Assembly: GCA_964447765.1 (NCBI GenBank)
Contig: CAYUTO010000002.1
Location: 38,955 to 102,954, forward strand
Source: an uncultured Gammaproteobacteria bacterium
Lineage (GTDB): Bacteria; Patescibacteriota; Patescibacteriia; Magasanikbacterales; UBA922
Direction of reading: 5' to 3'
DNA length: 64,000 nucleotides
In this document: piece after piece, positions 28,892 to 37,999 of the stretch
Layout: each line of letters begins with the position of its first letter
How positions within the stretch are numbered: position 1 is the stretch's first letter
Program-made: the position numbers and the translations under genes
The notes under the pieces: generated by a model
What the model was told of the DNA's origin: nothing
Databases searched by the model: none
What the model saw: the letters and a program-made list of their open reading frames with translations, nothing else

Positions 28892-29755
28892 ATGGCACTT
28901 GGCAAGGGCTTAAGCTCTCTCATTCCTCAACAAACAAAAGTACGTGATATTATCCGCAAAGAAACTGGATTAGTCCCACAAAAAAGAGACGCTATACTTC
29001 AGATTTCACAATCTGAAATTACTCCGAATTCAGAGCAACCTCGTAAAGAATTCAATCATCAGGATCTAGAAGATTTGGTTGCGTCAATAAAAAAACATGG
29101 CATTCTGCAACCACTTGTGGTAACCGAAAAATCAGAAGGTGGATATGAATTAATTGCAGGAGAACGACGTCTTAGAGCTTCTCAAATTGCAGGGCTTGCA
29201 ACCGTTCCAGTCATTGTGCGCACGGCTACACAGCAAGAAAAACTTGAGTTAGCACTTATTGAAAATATTCAGCGCCAGGCATTGAATGCGATTGAAGAAG
29301 CGTATGCATATTCACGGCTCATGGAAGAATTCAATTTGACTCAGGTGCAAGTGGCAGAGCAGGTGGGAAAAAGTCGTCCTGCAGTCGCAAACACGATTCG
29401 ATTACTTGATCTTCCTTCAGTCATTCAAAAAGCATTAATTAGTGGAGAGATTAATGCAGGAAAAGCTCGTGCACTACTTAGTCTGAAAGATGAAGCGGAA
29501 CAGCTCGAAGTATTTCACAGTATGGCAGGTCGAGAGATGAGTGTCCGTTCGCTCGAAGCAGAAGTATTTGGCAAAGGTGCTGCATCTCGCAAAGGATCAG
29601 TAAGACGCGACCCAAATCTGTCCGCACAAGAGCGTATGCTCGAAGATCGTCTTCATGCAAAAGTGCGAATTACGAGAAAAGGGGATCGAGGTACCATTGT
29701 GATTGAATATCATACAAGAGAAGAATTGAAACGAATTTTAGAAGAAATTCTCTAA
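28892..29755 (+). CDS. parB: Chromosome partitioning protein ParB/Spo0J
   Basis: MALGKGLSSLIP, QPRK, IAGERRLRA, ENIQR, HTH GKSRPAVANTIRLL. Confidence 0.96.
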   Translation: MALGKGLSSLIPQQTKVRDIIRKETGLVPQKRDAILQISQSEITPNSEQPRKEFNHQDLEDLVASIKKHGILQPLVVTEKSEGGYELIAGERRLRASQIAGLATVPVIVRTATQQEKLELALIENIQRQALNAIEEAYAYSRLMEEFNLTQVQVAEQVGKSRPAVANTIRLLDLPSVIQKALISGEINAGKARALLSLKDEAEQLEVFHSMAGREMSVRSLEAEVFGKGAASRKGSVRRDPNLSAQERMLEDRLHAKVRITRKGDRGTIVIEYHTREELKRILEEIL

Positions 29756-29762
29756 ATAAAAC

Positions 29763-29794
29763 AAAAAACCAGACACAATATGCGTCTGGTTTTT
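29763..29794. terminator. Terminator of sRNA-1 (probably also of parB)
   Basis: Minus strand aaaaaccagacgca-tat-tgtgtctggtttttt; the G-U pair favours the minus strand. Confidence 0.8.
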
Positions 29795-29855
29795 AGTGTA
29801 GCAAGGAAGATGACCTCAATGCCGAGGGTAATAATAAGGCTCTTCGCTTGCTACG
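29763..29855 (-). ncRNA. Candidate sRNA-1 (bulge GCCUUAUUAUUAC)
   Basis: Promoter TTGCAG-18-TATACT (29862-29891); GUAGCAAG/CUUGCUAC and GAAGA/UCUUC stems; 13-nt bulge; CCUCG/UGAGG hairpin; terminator. Confidence 0.65.
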
Positions 29856-29924
29856 CATGTCAGTATATCGTATACCAAATATAGTCTGCAAGTATGTAAA
29901 ATAGGGGGGTACAATCAGTATAAA

Positions 29925-29996
29925 TAAGAAAACCCCGATCAATTAAGACTGGGGTTTCCTCTAAGCGTTGAGATCAACGCCTTATTATTACTTAGA
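29925..29996 (-). ncRNA. Candidate sRNA-2 (bulge GUAAUAAUAAGGC)
   Basis: Promoter TTGACA-17-TGgCATAGT (30000-30028); UCUAAG/CUUAGA stem; bulge; GCGUUG/CAACGC hairpin; terminator aaacccc...ggggttttc. Confidence 0.65.
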
Positions 29997-30067
29997 CGCA
30001 CTATGCCATATTTTAATGGTTTTGTCAAGATTAAAGGCTTATATTAAGCACTAAATTAGTGTAAATC

Positions 30068-30096
30068 TTGCCAAAAAAGTAAGCTGGTGATACATT
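30068..30096 (+). promoter_or_regulatory. rel promoter (leaderless geometry)
   Basis: TTGCCA-17-TACATT, with ATG 30104 seven nt downstream. Confidence 0.55.
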
Positions 30097-30103
30097 GAAT
30101 AAT

Positions 30104-31603
30104 ATGCCGAAAAGAAATAGAAATGAGACAATTGATGGGTTGATCGAGCTCGTCCGTGGGTATAATCCCAAGGCTGATTTTGATATGATCCGCCTGGCGT
30201 ATGATTTTGCAGAAGAAGCTCACCGCGGGCAGACCAGAAAATCAGGAGAGCCTTATATTACACATCCGCTATCAGCAGCATATATTTTGGCAGATATCCG
30301 TATTGATCCGGTTATTGTGATTGCAACCCTACTTCATGATGTGCCAGAAGATACGTCGCGCACACTTGAAGATGTTGAGAAGAATTTCGGATCAGAAGTT
30401 TCGTCAATGGTTCGAGGTATTACGAAGCTCGGAAAATTGAAATACCGTGGTGTCGAGCGTTATATTGAAAATCTTCGCAAAATGTTTGTTGCGATGGCTG
30501 AGGATATTCGAGTGATGATTATCAAATTCGCTGACCGTATTCATAATCTGGAAACACTGGATGCACTTCCTCCTCAAAAAAGATATCGAATCGCGCTTGA
30601 GAGTCTCGAGATTTATGCTCCGATTGCCAATAGACTAGGAATGGATGATATCAAGGGTCAACTGGAGGATTTATCTTTTAAACATGTCTATCCAAAAGAA
30701 TATGAGCGAGTGAAGAAGATTCGTGATGAGCGTCTTCAGGGAAAAGAAAAATATGTTGCAACTATTATCAAGAGAGCTAATGAAGAATTGATCAAAGCGG
30801 GGATTACACCTATTTCAACCGAGGGTAGAAATAAACGTCTCTATAGTTTGTATCGCAAACTTATTCGTAAAAATAACGATATCAATAAAGTGTATGATCT
30901 TGTTGCGATTAGAATTGTCGTAAAAACCGTAGGCGAATGTTATGCAACATTGGGAATTTTGCACAACGTGTGGACTCCGATGAAAGGAAGAATCAAAGAC
31001 TATATCTCTCAACCAAAACCCAATGATTATCAGTCACTCCATACAAGTGTGTTTGGGGACGAAGGAGAGGTAGTGGAATTTCAAATTCGAACCGAGGAAA
31101 TGGATGAAAATGCTGAGTTTGGTATTGCTGCACACTGGCATTATACCGAGAGTGGTAGTCGTATGCCGTCACGAGAAATAAAATGGGTAAAGGAACTGGC
31201 AGAAATTCAGAAAGATATTTTGAACAAATTATCAGACCTTGAAGAAATCAAAGTTGATTTTCTCCAAAGCCGTATCTTTGTCTTTACTCCAAAAGGAGAT
31301 GTGATTGATCTGCCCGAAGGAGCAACTTCGATTGATTTTGCGTACCATATTCACTCTGAAATTGGAAACAAATGTACTGCAGCTATTGTGAACGATAAAA
31401 TGGTTTCCCTTGATACCGAACTGAATAATGGAGATGTGGTCGAAATTGTGACTGATAAGAATCGCAAACTCCCGAGCCAAGATTGGTTGAAAATTGTAAA
31501 GACACATAGTGCGAGAGAGCATATTCGAAACGCGTTGAAGCAAGACGGAAAAATGACGATTAGAAAACTTTTGAAGTCAGTCATGCCGGGAAAAAAAGGA
31601 TAA
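30104..31603 (+). CDS. rel: RelA/SpoT homologue (HD + SYNTH + TGS, short C-terminus)
   Basis: RKSGEPYITHP, LLHDV, FADRIHN, RIKDYIS, YQSLHT, EFQIRT, AAHW, TGS motif FTPKG...DFAY. Confidence 0.95.
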   Translation: MPKRNRNETIDGLIELVRGYNPKADFDMIRLAYDFAEEAHRGQTRKSGEPYITHPLSAAYILADIRIDPVIVIATLLHDVPEDTSRTLEDVEKNFGSEVSSMVRGITKLGKLKYRGVERYIENLRKMFVAMAEDIRVMIIKFADRIHNLETLDALPPQKRYRIALESLEIYAPIANRLGMDDIKGQLEDLSFKHVYPKEYERVKKIRDERLQGKEKYVATIIKRANEELIKAGITPISTEGRNKRLYSLYRKLIRKNNDINKVYDLVAIRIVVKTVGECYATLGILHNVWTPMKGRIKDYISQPKPNDYQSLHTSVFGDEGEVVEFQIRTEEMDENAEFGIAAHWHYTESGSRMPSREIKWVKELAEIQKDILNKLSDLEEIKVDFLQSRIFVFTPKGDVIDLPEGATSIDFAYHIHSEIGNKCTAAIVNDKMVSLDTELNNGDVVEIVTDKNRKLPSQDWLKIVKTHSAREHIRNALKQDGKMTIRKLLKSVMPGKKG

Positions 31604-31644
31604 GTATATTTATATAAAATGCAGTGTGCGCTATAAAAATAGCG

Positions 31645-31678
31645 AAGCCCTGTCACGATGAATCGTGCAGGGCTTTTT
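31645..31678. terminator. Bidirectional terminator
   Basis: aagccctg(t)cacgat-ga-atcgtgcagggctttt between convergent genes. Confidence 0.75.
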
Positions 31679-31696
31679 ACTTCAGCCATCTCCTCC

Positions 31697-31972
31697 TCAG
31701 TGATGGCTGGTATGTGTGTGTTTCTTTTTTTCGTCCTTCTTCTTGTCCTCCAGTTCAGAAATCTTCTCGAAGGGGTACATGATCGCTTCCCCTATACTCG
31801 GTGTGAAACCGACTGTGACTAGGAAGAACATTCCTAGAACGAAGTTTACATCAAAGAAACAATATGTGATGTACAGCGCCACGATTCCGAACCATGGGAA
31901 CTTGGCCCCTTCTTTCTTCTTCTTTTTCTTCTTCTTGGCTTTGGAGCCGTGACCGTGTGCGTCGTGAGACAA
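31697..31972 (-). CDS. Small membrane protein with His- and Lys-rich termini
   Basis: TTG start with GGAGGT SD; hydrophobic core; poly-Lys run. Confidence 0.65.
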   Translation of the reverse strand: MSHDAHGHGSKAKKKKKKKKEGAKFPWFGIVALYITYCFFDVNFVLGMFFLVTVGFTPSIGEAIMYPFEKISELEDKKKDEKKKHTHTSHH

Positions 31973-31982
31973 TAGACACCTC

Positions 31983-32234
31983 CTATGGAGTGGGTGTGTT
32001 CCTTGATTGGTACTCTCTCCAGAGCCAGACGCAGAGCCAGCCGAGGAGAGTGAATACTAGGATACACAGATTGATGAATGCCTGGATCATCCACGCCACG
32101 ATGGCGAAGGTGATGAATACACAGAATCCGATTGGTCCAGAGTTCAACGCGAGGTTGAGCAATATGACGAACATCCCTATCTTGATCCATGGAATATCCA
32201 TCTGTATACGTTCTTTTTTACGGAACACAGACAC
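31983..32234 (-). CDS. Small membrane protein
   Basis: Highly hydrophobic ORF in tandem with its neighbours; start uncertain. Confidence 0.55.
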   Translation of the reverse strand: MSVFRKKERIQMDIPWIKIGMFVILLNLALNSGPIGFCVFITFAIVAWMIQAFINLCILVFTLLGWLCVWLWREYQSRNTPTP

Positions 32235-32239
32235 TCCTT

Positions 32240-32464
32240 CTATTTTGATTTGAGAGTCTTCTCACGTTTGGATATTACTGCACCTAAGAGGACTATGAGC
32301 GGGGAGATGAGGAACTTGGCGATGCCTCGTAGTGTCGGCGGATGATTGTGAAACATTCCGGCGGACAGAGAGTTGGCGAAGTCCATCATGCCTAGCATCA
32401 CAGAACAGATGATGCATGTAATCAGGTAACCTATGATCAAAAGGACAATGACACCCGTCATCAT
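32240..32464 (-). CDS. Small membrane protein
   Basis: ATG 32464 with AAGGAG SD; two hydrophobic segments. Confidence 0.65.
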   Translation of the reverse strand: MMTGVIVLLIIGYLITCIICSVMLGMMDFANSLSAGMFHNHPPTLRGIAKFLISPLIVLLGAVISKREKTLKSK

Positions 32465-32496
32465 ATCCGTCTCCTTGGTTGTTTGGGTGACCCCAC

Positions 32497-32525
32497 AGTA
32501 TAGCATATTTGAGTGATTTTGTCAA
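32497..32525 (-). promoter_or_regulatory. Consensus sigma70 promoter
   Basis: TTGACA-17-TATACT with extended TG. Confidence 0.8.
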
Positions 32526-32608
32526 TACAAAAGAGCCATATTTTGGCTCTGTTGAGATAAAAAATAAATCCCTGAACGGATCAGAGATTTATGATATGAA
32601 GTATATAT

Positions 32609-34900
32609 TTAGGTAACGGCTTTCTTGACTCTTTTTTTGAACCCTCCACGTCTCGGTCTACTTGGCGCTTCAGTTAATAGTTTCTGGCAATCTTCGAGTG
32701 TAAGATTCTGAGGCTCGGTATCTTTGGGAATTTTGGCATTTGTTTTTGTTGCAGTATCGGTGATGTATGGCCCATAGCGTCCATTCAATACTTGCACCGT
32801 TGATCCTTCAAATAGTTTAATGGTCTTTTCATCATCTGCTTTTTTCTTTGCTGCGATCACTTCATTCGCTTCTTCGAGCGTGATCGTATACGGGTCTTTA
32901 TCTTTGATTGAAATAAATTTTGAACCATGTTTTACATACGGACCAAAACGTCCAACATTTGCAATAATATCATTTCCTTCGGCATCCACGCCGAGTGTGC
33001 GGGGGAGATCAAACAGTTTTACCGCGTCTTCAATCGTAATTTCCTGAAGAGTTTGTCCTGGCCTTAGAGATGCAAACGCTGGTTTTTCTTCACTTTCGGC
33101 TTCACCTTTTTGTACAAAGGCTCCAAATCTTCCAATGCGACCATAAATTGGTTTACCACTTTTGGGGTCTGTACCAATGAGATGCAATTTCACGGTATCT
33201 TCTTTTGAAAGGTCTTCAGTTTTTTTGGTAATCAAATCATGAAATGGGTGATAGAAGGTCGCGATAATTGGTTGCCAATCTTTGGTACCTTCTGCGATTT
33301 CATCTAGATTTTCTTCCATCTGTGCCGTAAATTTGTAATCAACAATGTCTGGAAAATGTTCTACCAATAGATCACTTACCAAAAATGCAATATCATTTGG
33401 TTTCAATCGTTTACTGTCGTCTCGCTCTACGTACCCACGAGCTTCAATTGTTCCAATGGTTGGGGCATACGTTGAAGGTCGACCAATACCGTATTCTTCG
33501 AGTGCTTTGACGAGTGTCGCGTCAGAATACCTCGCTGGTGGCTCGGTAAAATGTTGTTCAGGGAGAACACTTTCGAGTTTCAGCGGATCATTTTCTTTGA
33601 GTTCAGGTAAAATCTCTTCTTTGATTTCCTGAGGATAGAGAGCCAGCCAGCCTGGGAAAATCATGGTTTGTCCGCTTGCTCTGAACGTATGATGGGTGCC
33701 TGAAATATCAATCGTCGTTTTATTAAGACGCGCTTCTGCCATCTGTGTCGCGACTGCGCGATTGTATATTAGCTGATAGAGCTTGTGTTGTTGTGGGCTC
33801 AAATAAGCTCTGATGCTATCAGGAGTGCGATTAGGGTCAGTAGGGCGGATTGCTTCGTGTGCTTCCTGGGCTCCTTTTGAAGTATTTTTAAATTTGCGTG
33901 GAGCATCGAGCGTATATTCTGTACCAAAATTTTTAGCTACCATTTCTTTGGTTTCAGCCAAAAATTTATCAGAAAGATTGAGAGAATCAGTACGCATATA
34001 GGTAATAAGACCTACTTCACCCTCATCTCCAACTTTCATACCTTCGTACAATTGTTGTGCCAATCGCATGGTTTGTTTTGCAGAATACCCGAGTTTATGA
34101 CTCGCTTGCTGCTGCATTGTTGAGGTAGTAAATGGAGCTGGGGGAGTACGCTTGGTTTCTTTTTTGGTAATTGATGAAATGGTGTATGATTCTTTTTGTA
34201 TTGCCTCAACAATTCCCTCAGCTTGTGCCTGATTTGCAATATCAAATTTGTCTAATTTTTTATCATCAATTGCACAGAGTTCAGAAGTGATGGCGACTCC
34301 TTTGTCTGCAAACATTCCTTTGATACTCCAATACTCCTGCGTTTTGAACGCCGTTCGTTCACGTTCACGTTCTACGACGAGTCGTACGGCGACAGATTGT
34401 ACACGCCCTGCAGACAATCCTCGAGCTACTTTTTTCCACAAAAAAGGAGAAAGCTCATACCCAACTAGTCGATCGAGAATACGTCGTGCTTGCTGCGCAT
34501 CGACGAGTTTCAAGTCAATCGTACGAGGATTTTTGATGGCCTCTTCAATCGCGTGTTTGGTAATTTCATGAAACACGATACGTTCTGCTTTTGCAGGGTC
34601 GATATCGAATAGTTCTGCCAAATGCCAGGAGATGGCTTCTCCTTCCCGGTCTTCGTCAGTTGCAAATATGATTCGCTTGTTTGCTTTTGCAAGTTTTTTG
34701 AGCTTATCTGCCTGGGGTTTGCGATCCTTGGAGACCGTATAGGTAGGTAGAAAAGTGCCCCCATCAATATCAATCCCCATTTTACTTTTTGGAAGATCAC
34801 GAACATGGCCGAATGATGATTCGACAATATATCCTTTTCCCAAAAAACGAGAAATTGTTTTGGCTTTGGTAGGTGACTCGACGATTACTAATATTCCCAT
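32609..34900 (-). CDS. topA: DNA topoisomerase I with Topo_C repeats
   Basis: IVESPTKAKTI, ATDEDREGE, SAGRVQS, ITYMRTDS, GIGRPSTYA; C-terminal GRFGP/GRYGP repeats. Confidence 0.98.
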   Translation of the reverse strand: MGILVIVESPTKAKTISRFLGKGYIVESSFGHVRDLPKSKMGIDIDGGTFLPTYTVSKDRKPQADKLKKLAKANKRIIFATDEDREGEAISWHLAELFDIDPAKAERIVFHEITKHAIEEAIKNPRTIDLKLVDAQQARRILDRLVGYELSPFLWKKVARGLSAGRVQSVAVRLVVERERERTAFKTQEYWSIKGMFADKGVAITSELCAIDDKKLDKFDIANQAQAEGIVEAIQKESYTISSITKKETKRTPPAPFTTSTMQQQASHKLGYSAKQTMRLAQQLYEGMKVGDEGEVGLITYMRTDSLNLSDKFLAETKEMVAKNFGTEYTLDAPRKFKNTSKGAQEAHEAIRPTDPNRTPDSIRAYLSPQQHKLYQLIYNRAVATQMAEARLNKTTIDISGTHHTFRASGQTMIFPGWLALYPQEIKEEILPELKENDPLKLESVLPEQHFTEPPARYSDATLVKALEEYGIGRPSTYAPTIGTIEARGYVERDDSKRLKPNDIAFLVSDLLVEHFPDIVDYKFTAQMEENLDEIAEGTKDWQPIIATFYHPFHDLITKKTEDLSKEDTVKLHLIGTDPKSGKPIYGRIGRFGAFVQKGEAESEEKPAFASLRPGQTLQEITIEDAVKLFDLPRTLGVDAEGNDIIANVGRFGPYVKHGSKFISIKDKDPYTITLEEANEVIAAKKKADDEKTIKLFEGSTVQVLNGRYGPYITDTATKTNAKIPKDTEPQNLTLEDCQKLLTEAPSRPRRGGFKKRVKKAVT

Positions 34901-34958
34901 AGGATGTGTGATTGGAATTGATTTTGAGCCGTGAGCATACGTGAACGGACTCTAATTG

Positions 34959-36284
34959 TCAACCAAGGAGACGTCCTCGTAATTCTCCTGACATAAAAAT
35001 AGAACCCGTCGCAAGAATACAATCATGTGGTTTCGCGATCCTCTTAGTATACTCGTATGCGTCTTTTGGATCAAGAAAAATTTCTACTTTGCATTTCGGT
35101 AATGTGCGTCGTATATGCGTTCGGATCAAATCCATCGCGGCAACTTTGCGAAACGGGTTAACACTGTTTCGTGTAATCGAAATGCTCGTGGGTTTTAAAC
35201 TAAGTAATTGTTTGAGCATTCCCAAAACATCTTTATCACCTGAAAAGCTAATAATAAGATGGAGATTTTTGATTCCAAAAAGTGGAAGTAATGTCGCTGT
35301 AGTTTCGGTAGTAGAGCGTATCTTGTCTCTATTGTGCGCGCCATCAAGTATCGTGAGAGGTTTTGGCAAAACTACCTCCATTCGAAGTGGTTGTGTAGTG
35401 TCTCGAAGACCTTGTGCAATATGCTTACTATTGATGTGTAATTTTTTTGCAGATTCAATACAGAGAACTGCGTTGTGAATTTGGTGAGTACCGTATGCTC
35501 TAAGTTTGAAAGTGGTATTATCGTACACAAATGAGGTGCCCATTTTTGAAATCGACACATCGGTAACTTGGGGTTTGTTGATGCGAGTATAAGGAACTCG
35601 ATGTTTATACGCTTCTGCCTCAATAATATGTGCAAAACGAGTATTTTTTTCAGACGTTATCGCATGTTTGGTTTTCTTGGTAATAATTCCTGCTTTTTCA
35701 TAGGCAATCTCTGATTTATTATTTCCAATAATTCCCACATGGTCGAGTCCAATATTGGTAATAATGGCAATATCTTTGTGAGGAATAATATTGCTTGAAT
35801 CATATCTTCCGCCACATGCAACTTCCATTACCACATGTGTCACACGGTGACGTGCAAAAAATATGAAGCCGATTGCTTCGGTGAGTTCAAAAAAAGAAAT
35901 CATGTCATATTTCGTAGTTCGGATATATTCATCAAGTTTTGGCTTGAGATATTCCACAATTGAGATAAATTCCTTTTCGCTCATATACGCGTCTCCGATT
36001 TTCCATCTTTCAGTAATACTGCTCGGGTGCGGAGAATAGGTGGAGCCAACTTTGTATCCCGCTGCATGGAGAATGCCATGCATAAATGCGGTAGTCGAGC
36101 CTTTACCACTCGTACCAGTTACGTGTATGTAGTGTTTTATTTTTTTTTCTGGGTTTCCGAGGACATCAAGAAATGCTTGGAGCCGATCTAGATACCATCC
36201 GCATGCTCGTGGATCAGTCATGTATTCTTTTCGTGGAATATTTGATAACGATAGAATCCAACTGTAAGCTTCATTGAATGTCAT
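34959..36284 (-). CDS. folC: Folylpolyglutamate synthase / Mur-ligase family protein
   Basis: IHVTGTSGKGST, EVACGGRYDSSN, ITNIGLDH, IAYEKAGII, LDGAHN, TGSIF. Confidence 0.85.
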   Translation of the reverse strand: MTFNEAYSWILSLSNIPRKEYMTDPRACGWYLDRLQAFLDVLGNPEKKIKHYIHVTGTSGKGSTTAFMHGILHAAGYKVGSTYSPHPSSITERWKIGDAYMSEKEFISIVEYLKPKLDEYIRTTKYDMISFFELTEAIGFIFFARHRVTHVVMEVACGGRYDSSNIIPHKDIAIITNIGLDHVGIIGNNKSEIAYEKAGIITKKTKHAITSEKNTRFAHIIEAEAYKHRVPYTRINKPQVTDVSISKMGTSFVYDNTTFKLRAYGTHQIHNAVLCIESAKKLHINSKHIAQGLRDTTQPLRMEVVLPKPLTILDGAHNRDKIRSTTETTATLLPLFGIKNLHLIISFSGDKDVLGMLKQLLSLKPTSISITRNSVNPFRKVAAMDLIRTHIRRTLPKCKVEIFLDPKDAYEYTKRIAKPHDCILATGSIFMSGELRGRLLG

Positions 36285-36295
36285 ATTTTTTCTTT

Positions 36296-37390
36296 TTACT
36301 TTTTAATTACGTACATCATATTCCCGATATTTTGCACCCTACCTTTCATTTCAAGTACGGTGAGCATTGCAATTACTGTAGGTGGGGTAAAGGTTGATTT
36401 TCGTGTAATTTCATCAATGTGTAGTGGTTCGAGACTGAGAAGTGCTATGAGTTGCGCTTCATCACTGGTATCGGGGATAGTTTCTTGTACTTTGATGTGT
36501 CCTTCAAATGCGATGAGGTTTAGATTTTCAAGTATGTCCTCGGCATTTCGCACGAGATACGCTCCGTCACGGATTAGTTTGTGAGGGCCAGCTCCGGTAG
36601 GCGAGGTGAGTGCATGAGGTACAGCGTATACATCACGCCCATATTCGAGAGAGCATGTTGCGGTAATGAGGGCGCCTGATTTTTCAGGAGCTTCAATAAC
36701 CAATGTTGCAAGAGAGATCCCAGCTACAATTCGGTTTCGTTTGGGGAAACTATAGGTGGTTGGGAGTGCTCCTGGTGGGTATTCTCCAATAAGAGCACCA
36801 TTTTTGTCAATGATAGCTTCTGCAAGCTGATAATGCGCCCGAGGGTACACTGATTTTCGATCTATGCCCGAGCCAAGTACTCCGATCGTGGTACCTCCTC
36901 CACTAATAGAAGCTTTGTGGGCTACGCCATCAATGCCTAGTGCCAACCCACTGACCACTTCAACTCCATGCTTTACAAGCTCGCCTGCGATTTCTTCAGT
37001 CATTTGTTTTCCATATACAGTCATTTTCCGAGTGCCCACAATTGCCACTCGAGGACGAGAATTATCGAGAATTCCTCGAACAAAGAGTGCGACCGGTGGA
37101 TCAAAGATTTCTTTCAATAGTGGAGGATAAGCAGCGTCTTCGATTGAAATAACCCTCATTGCATCATCCGCAAGAATGCGTTCGTATTCTTCTTTCCTAA
37201 ACGCATCTCTCCACTCAAGAAATTCATGTGCGTCGACACTATCAAATCCTGCTTTGGTGAGTTCTCCGAATTCCGCAGACCAAGCATATTCAAAATCACC
37301 AAACACACGTTTCAATATGCGGTATTTTGAGAGAGTAAATTTTGGATAAAAAACAAACTTCTGTAACCCCTCCATAGGTTGATAGAACAC
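36296..37390 (-). CDS. dprA: DNA-processing protein DprA
   Basis: YPPLLKEIFDPP, AIVGTR, VSGLALGIDG, FPKRNRIVAG, EAPEKSGALIT; start approximate. Confidence 0.95.
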   Translation of the reverse strand: MFYQPMEGLQKFVFYPKFTLSKYRILKRVFGDFEYAWSAEFGELTKAGFDSVDAHEFLEWRDAFRKEEYERILADDAMRVISIEDAAYPPLLKEIFDPPVALFVRGILDNSRPRVAIVGTRKMTVYGKQMTEEIAGELVKHGVEVVSGLALGIDGVAHKASISGGGTTIGVLGSGIDRKSVYPRAHYQLAEAIIDKNGALIGEYPPGALPTTYSFPKRNRIVAGISLATLVIEAPEKSGALITATCSLEYGRDVYAVPHALTSPTGAGPHKLIRDGAYLVRNAEDILENLNLIAFEGHIKVQETIPDTSDEAQLIALLSLEPLHIDEITRKSTFTPPTVIAMLTVLEMKGRVQNIGNMMYVIKK

Positions 37391-37452
37391 AGATTTCCAT
37401 GATTCCCAAGATAAACCCAGATGTTATTTTGGGTAAATCCAGGTGATCCTGG

Positions 37453-37998
37453 TTATCTGCGTTCTATGAACGAGAGTAATTTCTGCGTGCTCTCATTAAG
37501 CATCACGTCTAATTTTTTCTTTTCAAACAATCCAAACTTTTTTAACACAAATTCTCCCGTGTCTTTCATTTTTTTTGGATCTGCGATTCCTAATCGTACG
37601 CGAGTAAATTCTTTGGTGGTAGTATGTTCAATAATTGATTTCACTCCATTGTGACCTGCATGTCCACGATCTTCTTGCACTTTAATTTCCCCAAGTAGAA
37701 TATCTTTCTCATCATGTACGACAATCAAATCCCTGGCTGGTATTTTATAAAAATGCATAATCATGGCGACTGATTCGCCAGACTGATTCATGTAGGTAGT
37801 CGGTTTTGCAAGAATGATTTTGTTTCCATTAATCGTCGTGCCTGAGATGTGCGCATTGAATTTGGTGCTCAATTCCCAATCATTAATTCCGCTGCTTTTT
37901 AGTGTGCGATGGAGTCGGTCGAGCGCCATAAATCCTGCATTATGGCGAGTACGTTCATATTTTTTCCCGGGGTTACCAAGGCCGACAATGAGTTTCAT
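37453..37998 (-). CDS. pth: Peptidyl-tRNA hydrolase
   Basis: LIVGLGNPG, TRHNAGF, KPTTYMNQSG, HAGHNG. Confidence 0.97.
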   Translation of the reverse strand: MKLIVGLGNPGKKYERTRHNAGFMALDRLHRTLKSSGINDWELSTKFNAHISGTTINGNKIILAKPTTYMNQSGESVAMIMHFYKIPARDLIVVHDEKDILLGEIKVQEDRGHAGHNGVKSIIEHTTTKEFTRVRLGIADPKKMKDTGEFVLKKFGLFEKKKLDVMLNESTQKLLSFIERR

Positions 37999-37999
37999 A

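Noticed and set aside
29794-29858. 21-aa minus-strand ORF MRSKRRALLLPSALRSSSLLH as a type I toxin peptide in sRNA-1
   Set aside because: The ATG lies only 3 nt after the -10 box, so probably upstream of the TSS; there is no SD and no TM-length hydrophobic run. Not excluded if unit 2 reads through.
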